This document shows, piece after piece, positions 32,826-42,544 of a stretch of DNA of 64,000 bases. A model generated the notes under the pieces. The model saw only the letters and a program-made list of their open reading frames with translations, did not search any database and had not been told where the DNA came from. This DNA is from an uncultured Planctomycetota bacterium (GTDB lineage: Bacteria > Planctomycetota > Planctomycetia > Pirellulales > Lacipirellulaceae), in NCBI GenBank assembly GCA_963719315.1, contig CAVRBU010000002.1, positions 1,920,001 to 1,984,000 of the forward strand, given 5' to 3'. The stretch's first letter is position 1, and every line of letters starts with the position of its first letter. A program made the position numbers and the translations under genes.

Positions 32826-35207
32826 ATGACGATCCGCTTGCTGAGCAGTCTCCGCCGTACTTTCTTCCCTGCGAATATCCAGCAGAACAAATCGCGTCGA
32901 AATGGGCGCGGTTACCGGCGCACGCTGAGCATGGAGACGCTCGAAGGTCGGCAGATGCTGTCGATCACTCCCTTGCAAACGATCAACACGTCGCAGAACA
33001 CCGGCGAGAAGCCGCAGTCAAAGATATTCGAATACGCCGGCCAATGGTGGTCGGTGATGCCGAACTCATCGGGCACGTGGGTTTATCGGCTGGATGGAAC
33101 GAATTGGACCCCGACGCAGCAGATTACTACGAACAAGAGCGTTCACGCCGACGTGAAGTTGAACGGCGACTTGATTCACGTCCTTCTGTACAGCGGAACG
33201 AGCTCTCAAATTGCCACTTTGCAATACGATGCAGGCCCCGATAACCGCTTTGAACCGTGGTCGCTGCAACCGCAATTGGTCGATGTGCCGCTATCCAGCG
33301 GCGTGGAAACGGCCACGCTCGAAGTTGATTCGACGGGCCGGATGTGGATCGCATCTGATGCAAAGTCCACGGTGGAAGTTCGCTACAGCGACGGGCTATA
33401 CACAACCTGGAGCGCGCCGATCACGATCGCGACTGGTATCAGCACCGACGATATCTCGGCGATCATCGACATGCCAAACAACAAAATCGGCGTGTTCTGG
33501 TCGGATCAGAGCACTGACCGATTCGGTTTCCGTTTGCACAATGACGGTGCCGACCCCACCGCGTGGTCGGCTAACGAAGTTCCCGCTAGCCAATCGGCGG
33601 TCAGCGTGGGACATGGCATGGCCGACGACCACATGCACCTGGCCGTCGCCTCGGATGGTACGCTCTACGCCGCAGTGAAAACCAGTTACGACAAGTCGGG
33701 GTACCCGAAGATGGCTCTCTTGGTGCGCCGGCCAAACGGCACTTGGGATGACTTGTACGACATCGACGGCAACGGCACACGTCCTACCCTCGTTGTGGAC
33801 GAGGCGGCAGGACAACTTGTCATGGCCTACGAATCGAAGGAGGGCGGCGGTGACATCCTCTACCGCACGTCGCCACTCGGCACGATCAACTTGTCGCCGG
33901 TCCAGACGATGATCAGCGGAAGTCTGGCTAATGTCACCTCGACCAAAGTCACGACGACGGATGAAATCGTGTTCATGGCAAGTGGCAAAAGCGTGCTGTT
34001 CAGCTTCGATACATCCACGCCCAACCTGCCGCCCATTGTGAATGCCGGTCCGGATGGCACGGCCATCGCGGGCACGCCAATCACGCTGAATGGAACGGCG
34101 TCGGACGATGGGCAGCCGACGCCGTCGCTGCTCAGCACCGTGTGGTCCGTGATTTCTGGACCGGGCTCGGTCGCGTTCGGCAATAGTCTATTGGCCAGCA
34201 CCGCAGCCACGTTCGATGCTGCCGGCACCTACGTCTTGCAACTTCTGGCAAGCGACGGCCAGCTATCGCGTTCCGATCAAGTTACGATCGTCGTTTCCGG
34301 GGGAGGGGGCAGTCAAACGCCGCCGCCGACTGGGGGCGGCACGTCCGAACAGATTGCCTTCCAGAACGGCTTGTTCCCGAGCGTGAGCTACGCCGGCACG
34401 ATTGACACGATGATATCGAGCAAAAAATCAACCACGAACTACGGCACCAGCACTAAGTTGAGCATGGACGGCAGCCCAGATGTGGCAGGACTATTCAAAT
34501 GGGACGTATCGGCGATCCCCGCCGGCAGCGTCGTGGAGTCGGTCACGATCGAGCTGAACCTGACGAGTAAGAGCAAGGATAGCTACGAGGTTTACGCGCT
34601 CGAGCGAGCGTGGGACGAAATCTCCGCCACCTGGCAGCAATACGCGGCTGGAAGTAGCTGGGCTGGGGCTGGCGCCTCCGGCGGCGGCGACCAAGGCTCC
34701 GCCGTTCTGGGCCAGTTGGGAGCGGCCGGCAAAGGCATTTATAGCATCAACTTAAACGATGCTGGCGTGGCCGCCGTTCAGCAGTGGGTCAACGACGCAA
34801 ACCAGAACCATGGAATCATCATCGAGGATTTTGCGGCATCGAAAGCGACAAAAGTCAGCTCCAGCGAAACGAAAAATGCGGCTCAGCGGCCAAAGCTGAT
34901 CATCAACTTAAAGACCCCACAACCCGCCAACGTGGCGCCGACGGTCGATGTCGGAACTGACTTGGTGGCCCAAATTGGACAGCCGCGACCGATCGGAGCA
35001 GTTGTCGGCGACGATGGCTTACCTAGCGGTGCTTTGCTGACCGCTCTTTGGACCAAAAACTCCGGCCCGGGAATTGCAACGTTCGGCGATGACCATGCCG
35101 TCAACACATCGGTTATGTTCAGCGACCCCGGCACTTATGTCCTGAGACTCACCGTCAGCGATACTTTGCTCACTGGCTTCGACGAATTAACTATCTCTGT
35201 GATCTAA
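32826..35207 (+). CDS. secreted protein with planctomycete export motif, propeller-like N-terminal region, PKD/REJ-like repeats and a DNRLRE-like domain
   Basis: LSMETLEGRQMLS; two 'N.PP.V.AG.D...DDG.P...W...SGPG...F...GTYVL.L..SD' units; DT.I...TNYG...LFKWDVSAIP...WDE..ATW...RPKL. Confidence 0.8.
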   Translation: MTIRLLSSLRRTFFPANIQQNKSRRNGRGYRRTLSMETLEGRQMLSITPLQTINTSQNTGEKPQSKIFEYAGQWWSVMPNSSGTWVYRLDGTNWTPTQQITTNKSVHADVKLNGDLIHVLLYSGTSSQIATLQYDAGPDNRFEPWSLQPQLVDVPLSSGVETATLEVDSTGRMWIASDAKSTVEVRYSDGLYTTWSAPITIATGISTDDISAIIDMPNNKIGVFWSDQSTDRFGFRLHNDGADPTAWSANEVPASQSAVSVGHGMADDHMHLAVASDGTLYAAVKTSYDKSGYPKMALLVRRPNGTWDDLYDIDGNGTRPTLVVDEAAGQLVMAYESKEGGGDILYRTSPLGTINLSPVQTMISGSLANVTSTKVTTTDEIVFMASGKSVLFSFDTSTPNLPPIVNAGPDGTAIAGTPITLNGTASDDGQPTPSLLSTVWSVISGPGSVAFGNSLLASTAATFDAAGTYVLQLLASDGQLSRSDQVTIVVSGGGGSQTPPPTGGGTSEQIAFQNGLFPSVSYAGTIDTMISSKKSTTNYGTSTKLSMDGSPDVAGLFKWDVSAIPAGSVVESVTIELNLTSKSKDSYEVYALERAWDEISATWQQYAAGSSWAGAGASGGGDQGSAVLGQLGAAGKGIYSINLNDAGVAAVQQWVNDANQNHGIIIEDFAASKATKVSSSETKNAAQRPKLIINLKTPQPANVAPTVDVGTDLVAQIGQPRPIGAVVGDDGLPSGALLTALWTKNSGPGIATFGDDHAVNTSVMFSDPGTYVLRLTVSDTLLTGFDELTISVI

Positions 35208-35391
35208 GAATTCGTCGGATAGTAATGGGCACGTTCCGCGCGACGTAAACCAAGCACTGGCCAATGGAGCGGTGATTTCTATTTGTTCCGAATAAACCAG
35301 CAACGCAGGGTGCGTTTCGTTCTCCTAATGTCCCGGTCGCGGCGGTTCCGAAACTCATAAGGTGACAGTTGCCCCAACGGAACGGAGCGCC

Positions 35392-36270
35392 ATGGCGCCG
35401 CCTTGCAACAATGCGCTGATCCTGTGCGCGGGGCTGCAGAGTAGCGGCACGACACTCGTTTCGTATTGCTTTCTGCAACGCGCCGATACGGACGGCGTGC
35501 TTGACGCCGACAACGACCTGTTGCCCACGATCGACCCCGACTTGGCGCGACCATTCGCGTGGTACAAGTCGACGATCAGTTGCTTCCGGTTGAGCGAGTT
35601 CGCCCAGCACTACCGCGACGAAGGGTGGGACGTGCGAACGCTGCTGGTGCTGCGAGATCTGCGGGAGGTTTGGGCTTCACTGCGTAACAAGTCGTATGGA
35701 CGCAACGGCATCACCGCCGAGGATCCACCGCTGCGGCTACGCGTACGGAGGTTTATCGACGATTGGCGCAGCACGCGCGCAGCGGCGGCGCGACACTGCG
35801 CTACGAGGATTTCGTCGCATCGCCGACGGCCACTCTTCAGCGGACGTGTATTAAGTTGGGTTTGCCGTGGGACGTTCTCGATGCTCACATGGCCCAAGCC
35901 GCAGGAGCGGATCGCCGATCGAAAAAACGGCAACGGTTCGTTCTGGAACAATCGCGATGCAAATCTAATGTTATCACTTAGGCGGTTTCGCGAGCAACGA
36001 GGTCAGCCGCGGTTGCCGGCCGACGACTTGCATTGGCTGGAAACCGAGTTTCGGGACTACAACGAAGCGAATTGCTATCCGTTGTCTCTCGACATCGCGG
36101 CAGAAACCGCCCCCACGCTTGACGGTGCTGGTCTCGACGGCCCGAGCTTCGAAGTTACGCGGCGGTACAAATGGGAAACGGCCCAAAGACCGTTTCGCTG
36201 GTTGCTCGCGCAGTTTGGGCGGAAGAACTCGACGTTGATTGACCGGCGATCATGGAAGCGGGCAGCGTAA
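35392..36270 (+). CDS. sulfotransferase-like (P-loop) protein with two compensating frameshifts near 35780 and 35872
   Basis: GLQSSGTTLV (5'-PSB-like), LRDLREVWASL (3'-PB-like); LRYEDFV..P..TL...C..LGLPWD lies in an alternate frame. Confidence 0.7.
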   Translation: MAPPCNNALILCAGLQSSGTTLVSYCFLQRADTDGVLDADNDLLPTIDPDLARPFAWYKSTISCFRLSEFAQHYRDEGWDVRTLLVLRDLREVWASLRNKSYGRNGITAEDPPLRLRVRRFIDDWRSTRAAAARHCATRISSHRRRPLFSGRVLSWVCRGTFSMLTWPKPQERIADRKNGNGSFWNNRDANLMLSLRRFREQRGQPRLPADDLHWLETEFRDYNEANCYPLSLDIAAETAPTLDGAGLDGPSFEVTRRYKWETAQRPFRWLLAQFGRKNSTLIDRRSWKRAA

Positions 36271-36273
36271 ACC

Positions 36274-37437
36274 ATGCGAGTCGGCATTGTCATCGATGAT
36301 CTCGATCGGCGCCGCGGTGGCTTGAGCGAATGGTGTTGGCAGTTCGTCGCCGCGGCAGCTAAACGCGGATACGAACTTCACGTTGTGGCACAAGGATTCG
36401 GTACGGAACCCCTGCCTGCCCGCGTATCGCGCCATAAGATCGACCGTACGAAGTCTCGCCTGGCTTTCGCCGAAAATGCCGAGCGGCTAGTTCGCGAGCT
36501 CAAATTGGATGTTGTTCATGACACCGGCCTGGGCTGGCATTTTGATTTTTTTCAGCCACATGGTGGTTCCTATACGGCTTGGCTTGGGCGGCGGCTGGAC
36601 ATTTACCCTAGCTGGTACCGTGCTGCGAAGCGGTATATCGATGCATTGCTGCCGCGACATCAGGACTTCGCGCGTCACTGGCGGCGTCAACAGGCGGCGG
36701 CCTCACGCTCCGATAAAACGCTGATCGCGATTTCGAACATGGTGGCGGATGACTACTCTCGGTTGCCGGGAATCCGCCCGGAGCAAATCGCGGTGATCCA
36801 CAACGGCGTCGATTGCCAACGATTCTCACCCGACCACCGGGTTCTCCACCGAACCATCGTGCGTCAACGGCTAGGAGTTCAGGACGGCACACTGCTGCTG
36901 TTATTGGCGGCACACAATTTTCGGCTCAAGGGCGTGTCCGAACTACTGCGGGTGGCGGGTCAACTGGCTGCTAACGGGCATCCCGTTCACGTTGCGATCG
37001 CCGGCGGCAAACGTCTGGATAGTTGGCGGCAAGTTGCCGCTCGCGCTGGCCTTCAGAGTCGCGCTACGTTCCTTGGAACCGTGGCGGACATGGTCCCGTT
37101 CTATGCGGCGGCAGACGCTTATATCCAACCGACGTATTATGACCCGTGCAGCCTCGTGCTACTGGAAGCCGCGGCTTCCGGTCTGCCGATCGTGACGACG
37201 CGACGTTTCAACGGGGCGGTTGAGTTGTTTCGCCAGGGTGATGAGATTTTGACCGTCGAGGATCCACTGGCAGAAGATGCACTCTACGAGTACGTGGAAG
37301 CACTCTTCGACGAGCGATTCCGCGTGCGACTCGGCTATGCGGCACGAAAGGTCGCCTTGCGGAACCCAAAAGATCGCAATGTCACTGAGATTTTGCGACT
37401 CTACAATCTCCGCACAGGACGAAGCGCGGCAGCGTAA
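36274..37437 (+). CDS. glycosyltransferase family 4 (WaaG-like)
   Basis: RRGG.SEW, VIHNGVD..RF, HNFRLKG, YAAAD..IQPTYYDPCSLVLLEAAASGLPIVTT. Confidence 0.92.
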   Translation: MRVGIVIDDLDRRRGGLSEWCWQFVAAAAKRGYELHVVAQGFGTEPLPARVSRHKIDRTKSRLAFAENAERLVRELKLDVVHDTGLGWHFDFFQPHGGSYTAWLGRRLDIYPSWYRAAKRYIDALLPRHQDFARHWRRQQAAASRSDKTLIAISNMVADDYSRLPGIRPEQIAVIHNGVDCQRFSPDHRVLHRTIVRQRLGVQDGTLLLLLAAHNFRLKGVSELLRVAGQLAANGHPVHVAIAGGKRLDSWRQVAARAGLQSRATFLGTVADMVPFYAAADAYIQPTYYDPCSLVLLEAAASGLPIVTTRRFNGAVELFRQGDEILTVEDPLAEDALYEYVEALFDERFRVRLGYAARKVALRNPKDRNVTEILRLYNLRTGRSAAA

Positions 37438-37488
37438 TGAAACAGAGTGGTACGCGGCGGCCATTGTCCGGCGGTCAATTCGTGCAAT

Positions 37489-40413
37489 CTAGGTGATATC
37501 TAGATTATCAAATCTCGAGTTGGCATTAATGGTGCCGACGCCTACCGTGCCCGTTCCCAAATTTGAGAACGTACGGCTAACGACAGTCGCGCCAGAAGTA
37601 ATCGTAACCAGCTTGGTGGTGCGGTTAATGCTCAGGCTCAGCGGAATCGTCGTATTCGGCAGTGCCGGGAACGCCTTTTGAGCCAGGTACGAAACCTTTC
37701 CATTCACGACCTGGCCGATAATTAGCTTGTCGATGATTTCAAAAACGCCCGCAAACTTGTAGTTGGTTGGCGACACATAATCGAACACGATCACCGCATT
37801 GCTCCACAGCGATGAGCCGTTGCCGCCGCCGGTGCTGACGTTGACGTTCACATTCGTCACGTTGGCGGCCGTGGCCGGATTGACGAAGTCCACCGTTGCC
37901 ACAGGGCGACTGTTCACCGTCGGCCGGGTAGCGACGTAACTGGCCGCGCCATTGATCGGATTCGTTGTCGTGGTCGTAAAGGCGGGCGACTTCTCCACAA
38001 TCCGCGCGTCTACCGTGCCTTCGAAGTTTTCGTTGAAGGGAAGCTCCGAGTTCGTAACTGCGATATTGAAGTCGTCGGTGGCCGTACCGCCCTGGCCGTC
38101 GGCGGCAGTGACTCGAACGGAAATGGTGCCGATATCGCCGGCTGCGGGCGTACCGGTGAACGTGCGCGTGGCCGGGTTAAAGCTTAACCAGGCCGGCAAT
38201 GCGCCGCCGCCGGTGAGGGTAGCGCTGTAAGTCAGCGGGTCGCCGTTGGGATCGGTAAACGTGTTGGCTGCGAATGTAAAATTAAATGGTACGCTGACCG
38301 TTGCATTCTGGTCCGGAATGGCGTTGGCGAGCGTCGGCGGTGGATTGGAAGCGACTGTCAGAACGAAATCATCGAAGACCGTGCCGCCTTTGCCGTCACT
38401 TGCCGTTACCCGAACCGTGATGGGGCCAATATCGGCGGCGGTTGGCACGCCGACGAATGTTCGCCCGTTGCTCCCTTGCGTAAACGTCAACCAGGCAGGC
38501 AGTGCGCCGGCGGGGCTCAACGTGGCAGTGTAGGTCAACGGGTCGCCATCGGGATCGGTGAACGCGTTGGCCGCAAAAGTGAAGACGAATGGGACGCCAA
38601 CGAACGCCGTCTGGTCGGGAATCGCATTGGCCACAACGGGCGCCGCGTTGACCGGTACGATTTGAAACTCAAACGCACCCATGTCCACCTTGCCACCAAA
38701 AATCCGCACGAACGGCAACCCGCGCTGATCGCCCTGGTTCGGACTTACTACCAGAGAATTCTTTCCCTTGTTGATGACGAGGCTGTCTGCCTTCAGCTCA
38801 ATCGTTTGCGTTGGTCCTCCGTTATCGGTCAACGTGCCGCCGCCAGCACCAAAAGCCTGCGCCAACGTAATAGGCGTAGCACCTGTGCCGATAAAATTTC
38901 CGGAGCCATTTTGCGAACCTGGAGCGGCGGGCGCGCCTCCCACTCCAACAACACCCGTGTTGTCCCCGATCAAGCTGAATTTAACCTTGCTACCAACTGG
39001 AACTGCCAAATCGGGATTGCCGTTGCCGCTGTCGGTGTTTCCGGCGACGATCGAGTTTCGCATCGTAAACACTGTCGTTGCGTAAATGCCGCCGCCGATG
39101 CCGGTGCCGCCGGCAGTCGAGTCGGCCAAATTGTTTGCAACGGTCGAATTTTGAAGGGATACGTTAGAGGCATAAACGCCGCCTCCACCGTCCTCGGCTT
39201 GATTTCCCGAAACCGTGCTGTTCTGGAGGACAACCTTATTTGATGCATAGATGCCGCCGCCGTACCCAGTGTTCCCGTTAGTCCCGGTGGCTTGATTTCC
39301 GGAAATCGTGCTACTTAGTACGGTGACGTTACGCGAGTAAATGCCGCCGCCATCATCAGCGGCCGTATTGCCGGGGCCGGCGGGCGACGCGCCAACCGTG
39401 CTGTTTTGGAGGTTCACGCTCTGGGAGGAAAAGATACCACCGCCATCATCGCCGGCCGTATTCCCAGAAACGGTGCTGAATTTGAGGGTCACGTTGCCCG
39501 AGGCATAGATGCCGCCGCCATCGGCACTAGTGGCTTCATTTCCAGCTACCGTGCTGTTCAGCAAGTCAACGGCACTCGTCGAGTAAATGCCGCCGCCGTA
39601 GCTCCCGGCCTTATTTCCAGCGCCCGCAGGGCCCCCAACCGTACTGTTCTCCAAGCTAACGGTGCCATAGGCAAAGATGCCGCCGCCGCTAAAACCGACG
39701 CCGGCCGTGTTTCCTGAAACCGTGCTGTTCTTAAGCGTCACGCTCGCATTGCTGTCGTAGACGAAGATTCCGCCGCCGCCGGCAACGGCTGTGTTTCCAA
39801 GCGCCCCGACTCCGCCGACGGTCGTGTTCGTGAGGACCAAATCGCCGTAGCTGTAAATTCCGCCACCGAAACCGGCAGCGTTTCCGGTAATCACACTATC
39901 GGCAACCGTGAGCGTTCCAAAGTCGAAAGAATTAATGGCGCCGCCGCCAAAACCTGCGGCCACATTTCCGCCCGTCAGCGTGAGGCCTTTGAATGTTACA
40001 TCGCCGACTTCGTCCGTGATGTTGAAAATGCGAGATGCACCGGCCGCGTTGATCGTCAGATTCGTCGCGCCCGGGCCATTAATCGTTACCGCATCAGTGA
40101 TTGTTAGCTGAGTTCCACCCAGGGTAATCGTGCCGTTTAAGCCCGGCGCAAACTGAATCGTGTCCGCGCCGGAGCCCGTGTCGCCGAGGTCGGTGGCCGT
40201 GTCGGTGTTTGAGGCGATGATCGCTTCGCGAAGCGTCACAAGGCCATCAGCAGCCGTCACGTCGGTCAAGGTGTTGACTGTCAGCACGGCCAACACTCGC
40301 CGCTGTTCCAACTCTTCGAAGAGTGGTCGTCGACCGCGCGATTTGCGAGTGCGAATTTGCTTGGGCCTGCGCTGCTCAGAACGCCCGTTGCCGCCGAAAA
40401 ATGACCATGCCAT
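37489..40413 (-). CDS. large secreted surface protein: export motif, CSLREA-like start, GGGI polymorphic-membrane-protein-type beta-helix, choice-of-anchor Q-like segment and two putative Ig (He_PIG/cadherin) domains
   Basis: PLFEELEQRRVLA; VTLREAI; ~9 'GN.A...GGGIY...NSTV' repeats; DNGGPTQT...DQRG...DMGAFE; two 'IPDQ...F.DP.GDPLTY...LPAWL.F....RTF.G.P' units. Confidence 0.88.
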   Translation of the reverse strand: MAWSFFGGNGRSEQRRPKQIRTRKSRGRRPLFEELEQRRVLAVLTVNTLTDVTAADGLVTLREAIIASNTDTATDLGDTGSGADTIQFAPGLNGTITLGGTQLTITDAVTINGPGATNLTINAAGASRIFNITDEVGDVTFKGLTLTGGNVAAGFGGGAINSFDFGTLTVADSVITGNAAGFGGGIYSYGDLVLTNTTVGGVGALGNTAVAGGGGIFVYDSNASVTLKNSTVSGNTAGVGFSGGGIFAYGTVSLENSTVGGPAGAGNKAGSYGGGIYSTSAVDLLNSTVAGNEATSADGGGIYASGNVTLKFSTVSGNTAGDDGGGIFSSQSVNLQNSTVGASPAGPGNTAADDGGGIYSRNVTVLSSTISGNQATGTNGNTGYGGGIYASNKVVLQNSTVSGNQAEDGGGGVYASNVSLQNSTVANNLADSTAGGTGIGGGIYATTVFTMRNSIVAGNTDSGNGNPDLAVPVGSKVKFSLIGDNTGVVGVGGAPAAPGSQNGSGNFIGTGATPITLAQAFGAGGGTLTDNGGPTQTIELKADSLVINKGKNSLVVSPNQGDQRGLPFVRIFGGKVDMGAFEFQIVPVNAAPVVANAIPDQTAFVGVPFVFTFAANAFTDPDGDPLTYTATLSPAGALPAWLTFTQGSNGRTFVGVPTAADIGPITVRVTASDGKGGTVFDDFVLTVASNPPPTLANAIPDQNATVSVPFNFTFAANTFTDPNGDPLTYSATLTGGGALPAWLSFNPATRTFTGTPAAGDIGTISVRVTAADGQGGTATDDFNIAVTNSELPFNENFEGTVDARIVEKSPAFTTTTTNPINGAASYVATRPTVNSRPVATVDFVNPATAANVTNVNVNVSTGGGNGSSLWSNAVIVFDYVSPTNYKFAGVFEIIDKLIIGQVVNGKVSYLAQKAFPALPNTTIPLSLSINRTTKLVTITSGATVVSRTFSNLGTGTVGVGTINANSRFDNLDIT

Positions 40414-40914
40414 GGTGTCCCGTCCCGGATGCGATTGTGGATGCAAAACCAGACGTTGCCGAGAGCCAAAACGCAACCCATGATCCTACCACGGAACACT
40501 GTGGCGTCAATGTACGACGGTTGGGGGGAGATCCCGCCGGGAAGAATTTCCGGGGAAAATGCTATCGATTTTCGAGAAAGATCCACAAGTGCTTCTCACG
40601 GGACCACCAAAATGAGGTTTTGGCACAAGAGGAAAAGCAGCCGACGCCCGGCGTTCGGCAGCGGTTGCGATGAGTACGTCTGTTCCGTAGGAAAGTCCAC
40701 CTCCGCTCCGAAATTTGCAAGCAAGTCGGCCGTCGCCAAACGCACCCGCGTGGAACGCTGATCTATGTGCCACGGGATGAACAATCCGTCGCGCATGAAT
40801 CGTGACCCCACGCGCAGTGCGGAAACGAGAATTTCGCATCCTTTGATTGTAAGGTGAAGGAAGCGGGATACCCACTCGTTGATTGTCATCCCGTGGCCGA
40901 ATACGATGAGCAGC

Positions 40915-42422
40915 ATGTCTTCAGGCTATCTCGCCATTGATTTGGGCGCCGAATCGGGTCGGGTGATCGTCGGCATTTTGGACGACGACTTCCTGCGACT
41001 GGAAGAGGCACACCGTTTTTTTCACGAGCCCGTTTGGCTGCCGACGGGTCTGCACTGGAATATCACCGGCATCTGGCGCGAAATTGTGGTTGGATTGCGG
41101 CGTGCTGGCGAATGGGCAAAAGTGAATGGGGTGGAACTCGTATCAGTCGGTGTCGATGCGTGGGGTGTCGATTGGGCCCTGTTGGATAAAGCCGGTGAGC
41201 TTGTCGGCTTGCCCCATACGTATCGCGATCCGCGCAACGCGGCGGCATATGACTCCGTTGTCGCCAAACTCGGCGCTGAACGCATCTATCAGGTGACCGG
41301 CATCCAGTTCATGCCGCTCAATTCCCTGTATTCTCTTTACGCGCAATGGCTGGCCGATCCGGGAGCGCTTGCTGCGGCCGACCGCTTGTTGTTCATCCCC
41401 GATTTGCTGCACTACTGGCTCAGCGGTGAGCAAACGATTGAAGCCACGATCGCTTCGACGAGCCAAATGATTGACTGCCACACGGGCGAGTGGGCCCGCG
41501 ATATGCTTGGTGACCTTGGTTTGCCGACCAACATTTTAGTCCCAACGACGAAGCCCGGCACACCTATCGGCACGCTTCGTCCGCAGTTAGCCGAGGATAC
41601 CGGCCTATCGCCAAAGGTGCGCGTCGTGGCGCCGGCCGCCCACGACACCGCCAGCGCAGTCGCCGCCGTTCCCGCTTTGCCGGCTGGGTCTGCTGGCAAC
41701 TGGTGCTACTTGTCGAGTGGTACATGGTCGCTTCTCGGCGCTGAGATCGATCAACCATGCATATCGAAGGCGGCCCAAGCAGCGTCGTTCACCAATGAAC
41801 TCGGAGTAAATGGCAAGTTTCGATTTTTAAAAAACATTGCCGGTCTGTGGCTTGTGCAAGAGTGCCGACGAGATTTGGCCAAACAGGGCCATGAATTGGA
41901 TTACGCGGCGCTCACGAAGTTTGCCGAGGCGGCTCCGCCGCTTCGCACTCTCGTCGACCCGAACCATCTGTCGTTTCAAATGCCGGGCCGAATGTTGCAG
42001 AAGATGGGCGAATTCGCCCGGGCCACGAATCAGCCCGCTCCCGAGTCGCCAGGCGAGTTTGTTCGCGCCGCGATGGAAAGCCTCGCTCTCGCATACCGCG
42101 AAAAGATCGACGTGCTGGAAAACATTCTCAACCGGCGATTTGAAGTGATTCACGTCGTTGGCGGCGGCGGCAAGAATGCGCTCTTGTCGCAGATGACCGC
42201 CGACGCCACAGAACGGCGCGTCGTCGTCGGCCCTTATGAAGCCACTGCTATGGGCAACGCACTCGTGCAAGCAATGGCGATCGGCCAGGTCCGCGACCTG
42301 CCCCACTTGCGACGCATTGTCGCCGCTTCAAACGAGTTGACGGTTTACGAACCATCTGCTGGCGCTGATTGGGATGCGCCTTTGCGGGGTTCCGCAAATT
42401 GGCTTCGGCAAGTGTTGGTTGA
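40915..42422 (+). CDS. rhaB: rhamnulokinase-family FGGY sugar kinase (frameshift near 42377 extends the called ORF to 42603)
   Basis: YLAIDLGAESGR, GVDAWGVDW, YRDPR, TGIQFM.LNSLY, HDTASAV, SSGTWSLLG, FTNE.G, KNIAGLW. Confidence 0.85.
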
Positions 42423-42544
42423 CCGGTCGGGATTACGTCTCAATAATATAAGATTACGAGGCGAATATGTTGCAGTTGTCGCAGCGCCCCGCTTCGACTC
42501 ATCACAAATTGTTGCAGCCAGGCGGCTGAACCGGGTGAGCCCAC

